Shown here: in pieces, positions 56,796-64,000 of the stretch | Layout of the letters: every line of letters begins with the position of its first letter | How positions within the stretch are numbered: position 1 is the stretch's first letter | From: a bacterium | Lineage (GTDB): Bacteria > UBA8248 | DNA length: 64,000 nucleotides | NCBI GenBank assembly: GCA_965261085.1 | Contig: OZ253442.1 | Location: 928,001 to 992,000 of the forward strand | Direction: 5' to 3' | Notes under the pieces: model-generated | The model's database searches: none | Seen by the model: the letters and a program-made list of their open reading frames with translations, nothing else | Told to the model about the DNA's origin: nothing | Made by a program: the position numbers and the translations under genes

Positions 56796-58958
56796 TTAGC
56801 CGCGATCTTGATCACGAGCGTCCCATGCATCGAGAAAACGTTGGATATCTTTCCTATCTGATTCAGGCAGTGTGTCATCATCTACAGCATCTTCGAGTCT
56901 TTTACGAAAATGTTCGACATCCAAGAACCGATCTAGCTTTTCTACTTGAACTTGATCAATTTGTTCGGAAACCAGGTCTCCCAAGCCGCCAAATCCTCCG
57001 ATATTCTGACTATACGCTTTGCTCAAAAAAACTCTCGCGAGTTTTACCAATGTTGAGTTTTCTTCGACCATTTCTGCGCACCATGATCGGACTTCTTTTT
57101 CATTATCATTTGTCATGTGATGCCATACGTAAAGTACATATTTGATATTATCTATATGTATCAAAGTACCATCTGTGCGGGCTTCCCTGATTAGCTTAAG
57201 CGCATACTCTCGCATCTTCTGAGTATCGGGTTCGGTCATGAGAAAATTTTCGGGAGGTTGTGGTTGCTCGTTCTTGGCTGGGTGATATTCATTATGGGCA
57301 TATTGACTGAGGTCGACCAACCATCCCAAAGTTGCGTCCTTTAATGCAGCCACTAATACAGCTGATCGTTGTTCAATAGTAAAGCGCTCAATGGTCAGTG
57401 CTCGTAACAGCCAATGCAGTCGCAAATTATTGTCTGCCATTGAAAAACTATGACCTTCGTCAGCAAGATTGGGCAATTTGTCAGCAATCGCAAAAAGCGA
57501 TGAAAGCAGTAGCTCAACATTTTCATCCGGAACATCGCCGCTTCTTATTTTTAATTCGTCAAGCAGATACGAGGCCTTTGTTCTGCCGTTTGCTTGTATG
57601 ACGGAAAGCGCGGTTAAAAATGTTTGTTGCACGAATTCGCGGTCGGCAGAACGTCGGATCAACTCGTCGCTCTCTCGTCGGGAGACCGTTTGAGTTGAGA
57701 GAGAAAAACGGAAATAGGTATCGAAATGCTCTTTTGCACAAACGCGCCTCTGCAAAGACCACTGCTGTGTGTCGTTGTAGTGCATGTTGCTCCAAATACC
57801 CTGAAGGCGTGGGAACAGTCGCATCATCGCGCGACGCAGTCGATCTCTATCTTCTTCTGGTTCATGGTTTAAAAATAATTGGTCGTATTCAGTTTCCGCA
57901 TTATTCTGGCTATAGTTTGCATTGCTGCTGGCTGCACCCACGAGGAGATCCTTGTTGTCGCGGACTGCCTGAAATAGTTTTGGTCGAAACAGTCTCAAGG
58001 TTTCGATTGCGATGAAGTCAGGTATGTCCACTTCTCCGCTGACTGCTCCCCAAGTGGTTGAGAGTATATTGGATAGACGGAGTACATCACGGGGAGTTGT
58101 GATCTCGGGTGCGACGGTTTCATGAAACAAATTCCAGAAATGAGTTTGGTCTAATTCCTCCGTGTCTAAAATTATTTTGTTGAAATTTTCAAGTAGCATC
58201 CCATGAAGATGCGCGGAGTCCGGCTTGGGTAACTCAAAACCGGCTTGGACTATTTTCTCTAAGTAATGTGCACCTTCCGAGGGGTATCGCTCGGTTACTG
58301 CTTTCTCGAGTACGTTTCTATCGTAGGCCAGAAGATAACAGACCTTGGGTAATCTTCCCACGGATTTGACTAGGCGAAAAATCACTATAGCTTCTTCAGG
58401 AGAAAGCCGATCAAGATCATCAATGATTATGAGAAATTGTTGAGCTTGACTCTTCAGCGCTTCAGAGACTTGTTGTTGTAGAGCTTCAACTCCAGTATCG
58501 GTTTGAATGAATCGCTCAAGAGTACCTGCTGCCGATTGAGTCAATTTTCCAAACCATGAAATAGGTGTGACCTCAAGGATATTTCCGAGTAAGTGTCCAG
58601 CACTGGCGACATGAGCTCCGAGCTTGACAAAAGCTTCTTTTGCCTTTTTTGAACGTGACAAACCTGGTTCCAAGCCGGCGTAGAGTTCCTTAAAAAAACC
58701 GACTGCGAGAGCGTCTTCGGTGCGATAATGCCAACACGGGAAAGAAATAATCCTAATTTCGGGTGACGATTTTTCGAGGTAATGTCGAACCAAGTTAATG
58801 GCACTGCTTTTACCCGATCCCCATGGACCATAGATAGCAACGACACTTCCGACAGGATCAGAAATATTGCTGATACATTTTGAAATGGTTTTTGCGAAGG
58901 GCGTAAAGCCAACCTGATCTTGATCGGGATTTTCAATGGGAAGATCGTTGAAATTCAT
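56796..58958 (-). CDS. KAP-family P-loop NTPase with long helical C-terminal domain
   Basis: DLPI.....D.VG start, GPWGSGKS Walker A, IIIDDLDRL Walker B, YLEKIVQ, TPRDV.R; visibly AT-richer than its flanks. Confidence 0.9.
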   Translation of the reverse strand: MNFNDLPIENPDQDQVGFTPFAKTISKCISNISDPVGSVVAIYGPWGSGKSSAINLVRHYLEKSSPEIRIISFPCWHYRTEDALAVGFFKELYAGLEPGLSRSKKAKEAFVKLGAHVASAGHLLGNILEVTPISWFGKLTQSAAGTLERFIQTDTGVEALQQQVSEALKSQAQQFLIIIDDLDRLSPEEAIVIFRLVKSVGRLPKVCYLLAYDRNVLEKAVTERYPSEGAHYLEKIVQAGFELPKPDSAHLHGMLLENFNKIILDTEELDQTHFWNLFHETVAPEITTPRDVLRLSNILSTTWGAVSGEVDIPDFIAIETLRLFRPKLFQAVRDNKDLLVGAASSNANYSQNNAETEYDQLFLNHEPEEDRDRLRRAMMRLFPRLQGIWSNMHYNDTQQWSLQRRVCAKEHFDTYFRFSLSTQTVSRRESDELIRRSADREFVQQTFLTALSVIQANGRTKASYLLDELKIRSGDVPDENVELLLSSLFAIADKLPNLADEGHSFSMADNNLRLHWLLRALTIERFTIEQRSAVLVAALKDATLGWLVDLSQYAHNEYHPAKNEQPQPPENFLMTEPDTQKMREYALKLIREARTDGTLIHIDNIKYVLYVWHHMTNDNEKEVRSWCAEMVEENSTLVKLARVFLSKAYSQNIGGFGGLGDLVSEQIDQVQVEKLDRFLDVEHFRKRLEDAVDDDTLPESDRKDIQRFLDAWDARDQDRG

Positions 58959-59210
58959 TATGTGAAAAACCTGCTTGTAAAACCATGGGCGGGGTAGTGC
59001 ATAGTTACAAAATCACTAAACCATCTCAACCCCCCCCCCCTAAAAATCAGACTCCAGAATCCACACGCCCTTGTTCGATGAGATGCCGGATTATACCGTT
59101 GCCGGGGAGGAACCGACCAGCGATGCCTGCTCGGCGGACCTACCTCTCGGGCGACGGCTCAGGTGATGCGGGATATTTATTTTCGCGGGCTTTTTATGTA
59201 GGCTTGCTCT

Positions 59211-59489
59211 ATGCCGAAACCATCCTTGAACCGCTTGATTCATGATATCCAGCCCCTGGAAAAACGCGAGGCGTTCCTGCGCGACCCGCTCGAATTCGCT
59301 GAAGGGTATGACGTCACCGACGCGGAACTGGCGGCGGTTCGAGATTCCGACGTGCGCGCGCTGTGGTCGTTCGGCGTAAATCCCTACTTGATGCGGGTGC
59401 TGCAAATGCGCTCAAGCATATCGGATGAAGATTTCCGGGCGGCGCTGGCGGGTTTCTCCTTCCCGCGTCCCGATGAGGGGGAGATATAG
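59211..59489 (+). CDS. LigA-like small subunit of an extradiol dioxygenase
   Basis: F..DP..F...Y.VT..E..AV...D...L...GVNPY pattern; abuts the LigB-like gene. Confidence 0.75.
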   Translation: MPKPSLNRLIHDIQPLEKREAFLRDPLEFAEGYDVTDAELAAVRDSDVRALWSFGVNPYLMRVLQMRSSISDEDFRAALAGFSFPRPDEGEI

Positions 59490-59490
59490 G

Positions 59491-60318
59491 ATGGCCAAGA
59501 TCGTCGGGGCGTTCGCGGCGAGCCACTCGCCTCTTTTTTTATTGCGGCATGACATGCCCGCCGAGGACGTACAGGAGGAGGTCTTCTCCGGCTACCGCAG
59601 GATGGCTCGGGAGATCGTGGCGCGGGGGGCCGAGGCGCTGGTTTTTCTGGGAAACGACCATCTGCACGCCTTTTCTCTGGACAGATACCCCGCCCTGGCG
59701 GTCGGCGCGGGCCCTCGCTTCGGCCCGGTGGAGACGGAGCCTTTTCTGCCGCGCGATGTATACGAGGGCGCCGAGGCGCTGGCCTCTCACCTGGTGCGCG
59801 GTCTGCTGGCGAGTGGTTTCGACCCCTTGCTGTGCCGCGAACTGGCGCTTGATCATTCCTTCGTCTCACCCCTGGCCCTGATGGGCGATATGGGTCTTCC
59901 CGTCGTTCCAATCCTTCAAAATACCGTGGCCCCGCCCCTGCCGCCCGCTGCGCGGTCGTATGAGCTCGGCGTATCGCTCAGGCGATTGATAGAGGGCTAC
60001 GCGGATCTCGAGCGCGTGGCCGTCGTGGCGACGGGCGCGCCCTCTCACTGGATAGGAACCCCCGAGCAGGGCGACATCGACGAGGCGTGGGACCGCGAGG
60101 TGATCGACATGCTGCGCCGCGCGGACGCGAAGGGTCTCTCCGCGTGGCCGCAAGCCAGAATCGATGCGGGCGGAAACGGGGGAAACGAGATCAGGACGTG
60201 GATATCCGCCGCCGCCCTGAGCGGAGACACGGAGGCGAATCTGTGGGTATACCGGATAGAACCCCTGTGGTTTCTGGGGGTGACGATAATCGAGTGGCCC
60301 ATCGGGCCTGCTCTGTGA
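59491..60318 (+). CDS. LigB-like (class III) extradiol ring-cleavage dioxygenase
   Basis: ASHSP, NDH, LDHS, SH, NEIRTW motifs. Confidence 0.87.
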   Translation: MAKIVGAFAASHSPLFLLRHDMPAEDVQEEVFSGYRRMAREIVARGAEALVFLGNDHLHAFSLDRYPALAVGAGPRFGPVETEPFLPRDVYEGAEALASHLVRGLLASGFDPLLCRELALDHSFVSPLALMGDMGLPVVPILQNTVAPPLPPAARSYELGVSLRRLIEGYADLERVAVVATGAPSHWIGTPEQGDIDEAWDREVIDMLRRADAKGLSAWPQARIDAGGNGGNEIRTWISAAALSGDTEANLWVYRIEPLWFLGVTIIEWPIGPAL

Positions 60319-60342
60319 GTGACAACGAGGGAGGATGAGCGA

Positions 60343-61332
60343 ATGCCGAAAGCGATTCTTTTTGACGAGCTGGGTGGTGCGGACGTGCTCCGCGTGGCGG
60401 AAGTTCCTGACCTTGAGCCTGCGGAGGGCGAGGTGCGCATCGCCGTGGAAGCGCTCGGGATCAACCGGGCGGAGATTATGTTTCGAGAGGGACGCTACCA
60501 CGTCCAGCCCGTGTTCCCCTCCCGCATCGGTTACGAGGCTTGCGGGGCGATAGACGCCGTGGGTAGGGGCGCGAAAGGTCTGGCGGTCGGGGACCGCGTG
60601 AGCACGATTCCTTGTTTCTCGATGGTGGAGCACGGGGTGTGCGGCGAGCAGGCGGTCGTGCCTGCGTTCGCAGCCGCCCGCTACCCGGATAACCTGACGC
60701 CCGCCGAGGGGGCGGCCATCTGGATGCCGTATTTCACCGCATACGGCGCGCTCGTCGAATTCGGAAAGGTGGGGGAAGGGGATACCGCCCTGCTCACCGC
60801 GGCGAGCAGCAGCGTCGGCATCGCGGCGATTCAGATTGCGAAATCCACCGGCGCGCGGGTCATCGCCACGACGCGCGGGGCGGGCAAGAAGGATTTTCTC
60901 CTGAACGCGGGCGCCGATCACGTCGTCGTGACGGATGAGGAGGATCTGGCGGAATCGGTGATGGAGATCACCGGAGGCGCGGGCGCGAACGTCATCTTCG
61001 ACCCCGTCGTCGGGTCGTCTTTGCCGAAACTCGCCGAAGCGGCCGCCTACCAGGGCGCGATTTTCCTGTATGGCCGCCTCTCGCCCGAGGATGCGGTCAT
61101 ACCCCTGCTCCCGGCTCTCAAGAAAGGCCTGACCTTCAGATGCTATACGATTATGGAGATAACGAAGTCCCCGGAAAAAAGAGAGAAAGGGAAGAAATTC
61201 ATCTACGACGGCCTGGAATCGGGCGCGCTCAAGCCCATCATCGCCAAGACGTTCCCGCTCGACGACATGGTGGGGGCGCACAAGTACATGGAATCGAACG
61301 TGCAGATGGGGAAAATCGTCGTCGAGGTGTAG
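60343..61332 (+). CDS. Zinc-independent MDR / quinone oxidoreductase-like, copy 1
   Basis: GINRAE, IGYE, AASSSVG, GKIVV; no zinc ligands. Confidence 0.88.
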   Translation: MPKAILFDELGGADVLRVAEVPDLEPAEGEVRIAVEALGINRAEIMFREGRYHVQPVFPSRIGYEACGAIDAVGRGAKGLAVGDRVSTIPCFSMVEHGVCGEQAVVPAFAAARYPDNLTPAEGAAIWMPYFTAYGALVEFGKVGEGDTALLTAASSSVGIAAIQIAKSTGARVIATTRGAGKKDFLLNAGADHVVVTDEEDLAESVMEITGGAGANVIFDPVVGSSLPKLAEAAAYQGAIFLYGRLSPEDAVIPLLPALKKGLTFRCYTIMEITKSPEKREKGKKFIYDGLESGALKPIIAKTFPLDDMVGAHKYMESNVQMGKIVVEV

Positions 61333-61472
61333 GCAGCTCTGCGCCGGAATCAACCGAACGGATGGGATGTATTTCATTGTAGTGTCAAGAAGCACCAGGA
61401 AAAGAAAAAGCCGACTCGCGGACTTGTGAGTATATTCGAAGCTGCTTTTACAAAACGAAGGAGATGAGGGAT

Positions 61473-62462
61473 ATGCCGAAAGCCGTTTTGTTCGACGAAC
61501 TGGGTGGCGCGGACGTGCTCCGCGTGGCGGAAGCGCCTTCCCTGGAGGCAGGGGAGGGCGAGGTGCGCATCGAGGTGGAAGCGCTCGGAATCAACCGGGC
61601 CGAGATTATGTTCCGAGAGGGAGTCTACCACGTCCAGCCGGTGTTCCCCTCCCGCATCGGGTACGAGGCGGCCGGGACGATCGACGCCGTAGGACCCGGC
61701 GCGAAAGGCCTGGCGGTGGGGGATCGCGTGAGCACGATTCCGTGTTTTTCGATGATTGAGCACGGGGTGTGCGGCGAGCAGGCGGTCGTGCCTGCGTTCG
61801 CCGCCGCCCGCTACCCGGATAACCTGACGCCCGTCAAGGCCGCGGCCATCTGGATGGCGTACATGACCGCATACGGCGCGCTCGTCGAATTCGGGCGGGT
61901 GAAGGAGGGGGATAACGTCCTGATTTCCGCGGCGAGCAGCAGCGTCGGCATAGCGGCGATCCAGATTGTGAAATCTTTGGGCGCGCGGGCCATCGCCACG
62001 ACGCGCGGGGCGGGGAAGAAGGATTTTCTCCTGAACATAGGCGCTGATCGCGTCGTCGTGACGGATGAGGAGGATCTGGCGGAGTCGGTGATGGAGATCA
62101 CCGGAGGCGCGGGTGCGAACGTCATCTTCGACCCCGTCGTCGGGTCTTTTCTGCCGAAGCTCGCCGATGCGGCCGCCTACCACGGCACCATTTTCTCGTA
62201 TGGCCACCTCTCGCCCGATGCTCCGGTTTTGCCCCTCTACGCGGCTATCAGGAAAGGCCTGACCTTCAGGGGCTATACGATTATGGAAATCTCGAGAGAT
62301 ACGGAAAAAAGAGAGGTGGCGAGGAAATTCATCTATGACGGCCTGGAATCGGGCGCGTTCAAGCCCATCATCGCCAAGACGTTCCCGCTCGATGAAATCG
62401 TAGGCGCGTACAAGTACATGGAATCGAACGCGCAGATGGGCAAAATCGTCGTCGAGGTGTAA
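61473..62462 (+). CDS. Zinc-independent MDR / quinone oxidoreductase-like, copy 2
   Basis: Colinear paralog of copy 1. Confidence 0.88.
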   Translation: MPKAVLFDELGGADVLRVAEAPSLEAGEGEVRIEVEALGINRAEIMFREGVYHVQPVFPSRIGYEAAGTIDAVGPGAKGLAVGDRVSTIPCFSMIEHGVCGEQAVVPAFAAARYPDNLTPVKAAAIWMAYMTAYGALVEFGRVKEGDNVLISAASSSVGIAAIQIVKSLGARAIATTRGAGKKDFLLNIGADRVVVTDEEDLAESVMEITGGAGANVIFDPVVGSFLPKLADAAAYHGTIFSYGHLSPDAPVLPLYAAIRKGLTFRGYTIMEISRDTEKREVARKFIYDGLESGAFKPIIAKTFPLDEIVGAYKYMESNAQMGKIVVEV

Positions 62463-62479
62463 CCCGCGCTGCGCCGGAA

Positions 62480-64000
62480 TCAACCGAACGGATGGGCGTG
62501 GGAGTAGGCCAACTCCTCGCTCGTGATGAACTCGAGAAGCGCGGGCACGCCCTCTTCGGTTTTTCGCCTCGCCTCTACGAACGCCGGGCCGACTTCCGCC
62601 GGGTCCTCCACGCGCTTCGCCCAGCCGCCCAGCGCTCTGGCAATGTCCGCATATTCGCCGCCCACGTCGCGCGTGCCGTATTTTTCATGGGAAATCGCCA
62701 TGTGCGTGGTCTCCACCGCCATGGTGGAGTTTTTGAGCACCACGGTGCAGATGGGGAGGTTCTCGCGCACGGCGGTCTCGAAATCAAGCCCCGTCATGCC
62801 GAACGCCGCATCGCCCATGAAGTTCACGCAGAACTTATCGGGCGCGGCGAGTTTCGCCCCCATGGCGAGGCCGAGCCCCGTGCCGAGTTGGTGGGATTTC
62901 CCCCAGCCGAGATAAGACCTCGGCGTGTCGCACAGATACATGGGCAGCATCTCGAATCGCGGGTTTCCCGAATCGTGAGTGGCGATGACCTCTGCGGGGG
63001 GTACGTTTTGCATCAACTCCCAGATGACGCGGTAGGGGTTGATGGGTTTTTCGTCCGAGGTGAGTTTGGGCGCCCATTCATCGAGCCAGGCCTTTCGCAT
63101 CTGCGCCACCTGCGCCTTTACTCCCTCGCCTCTGCCCGCGCTCTTCACCCGCTCGGCGCAGCAATCGATGAACTGGCGCAGTACGAGCTTCGCGTCCCCG
63201 AGCACGGGATGCGCGGCGTGATAGCTCTTGTTGAGGTCGACGGGGTCGTTCGTCGCGTGGATGATCGTTTTTCCGCCGGGCACGGGCGTGGCGAGTCCGT
63301 GGTCGGTGAGGCTCGAACCGACGGCGAAGACGAGGTCCGCGTCTTTCAAGAAATGATACGCGGGGCCGCTCATGACGCTGGAGGCGGCGCCGAGCGCCAG
63401 GGGATGGTTCGCCTCCGAGATCGCGCTCTTGCCCTCCATGGTGGTCATGACCGGAATCTGGAGAAGCTCCGCCAACTCCCGCAACTCATCGGTCGCCTCG
63501 GCGTAGAGCACGCCCGCGCCCGCGATGATCGCCGGGCGTTCCGCCGCCAGCAGGGCATCGGCTGCGCTCTCCACGTCCTGCGGGTCCGCCTGGGCGCGCA
63601 CGCGCTTCACCGGCGCATAGCCGCGGAGAATATCCTCAGAGACTTCCATGCCCGCCACGTCCGCCGGCAGTTCCACGAGGACGGGGCCGGGGCGTCCGTT
63701 CCTGAGGGCGTGAAAGGCGCGCCGCATGGCGTCGGCGACGCGCCCGGGCACGTTGATCTGCTCGGCCGATTTCGTCACCGAGGCGTAGGAGTCGACGGAA
63801 CTGAACATGGGGAACACGCGGTCGCGCCCCCTGGCGTGGCCCAAGGGAAGCAGGAGCACGGGCGTGGAATCGGAATACGCGGTGGAGATGCCCGGAAAGG
63901 CGTTTTCCGCTCCCGGCCCGTACTGCATGGCGAAAACAGAGGGCGTGGCGCCGTTGGTGACGCGGGCGAAGCCATCCGCGATGCCCACCCCCACGCGCTC
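62480..64000 (-). CDS. ThDP-dependent enzyme (5'-truncated by window edge)
   Basis: IADGFAR, QYGPG.EN, GDAAFGM...KN ThDP motif. Confidence 0.88.
   Translation of the reverse strand, partial: ERVGVGIADGFARVTNGATPSVFAMQYGPGAENAFPGISTAYSDSTPVLLLPLGHARGRDRVFPMFSSVDSYASVTKSAEQINVPGRVADAMRRAFHALRNGRPGPVLVELPADVAGMEVSEDILRGYAPVKRVRAQADPQDVESAADALLAAERPAIIAGAGVLYAEATDELRELAELLQIPVMTTMEGKSAISEANHPLALGAASSVMSGPAYHFLKDADLVFAVGSSLTDHGLATPVPGGKTIIHATNDPVDLNKSYHAAHPVLGDAKLVLRQFIDCCAERVKSAGRGEGVKAQVAQMRKAWLDEWAPKLTSDEKPINPYRVIWELMQNVPPAEVIATHDSGNPRFEMLPMYLCDTPRSYLGWGKSHQLGTGLGLAMGAKLAAPDKFCVNFMGDAAFGMTGLDFETAVRENLPICTVVLKNSTMAVETTHMAISHEKYGTRDVGGEYADIARALGGWAKRVEDPAEVGPAFVEARRKTEEGVPALLEFITSEELAYSHAHPFG

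Noticed and set aside
56796-58958. Qat (QatABCD) defence system
   Set aside because: Only the KAP ATPase is present; no QueC-like or TatD-like gene is adjacent
59866-62483. Long antisense ORFs (also 9375-10418, 11074-12516, 19447-20724, 39712-41013, 42894-44201)
   Set aside because: Shadow frames of GC-rich genes on the opposite strand, with no recognisable motifs

Overview
A 64-kb, mostly GC-rich bacterial window packed with solute uptake systems (NitT/TauT ABC, two TctCBA tripartite transporters, a Liv-type ABC, an Fe3+/polyamine-type ABC) and orphan catabolic enzymes (LLM oxidoreductase, ALDH, MetE-like, MmgE/PrpD, amidase, BVMO, two DapA-like, two ThDP enzymes, three acyl-CoA dehydrogenases, LigAB-type dioxygenase, duplicated MDR). 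There are no rRNA, tRNA or CRISPR features. Accessory DNA: a decaying surface-glycan locus (GT25 x2, GT4 with an internal stop, frameshifted FkbM), an intact IS1182-family element, two TbpB-barrel-type lipoproteins, and an AT-rich KAP NTPase + HIRAN gene pair that is a candidate uncharacterised anti-phage module. Features missed by the ORF track: a ~730-bp scar that appears to be a collapsed urtA-urtB...ureD urea operon; a deleted higB toxin in front of an intact higA; and intergenic mosaics of three REP-like palindrome families. These mosaics are nested with IS1182-ended MITEs and with recurrent 27-nt and 18-nt micro-inserts at fixed positions inside the palindromes. The gene erosion, repeat load and transporter load suggest a host-associated heterotroph (inference only). 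All protein calls come from motif recognition by eye; no database search was run.
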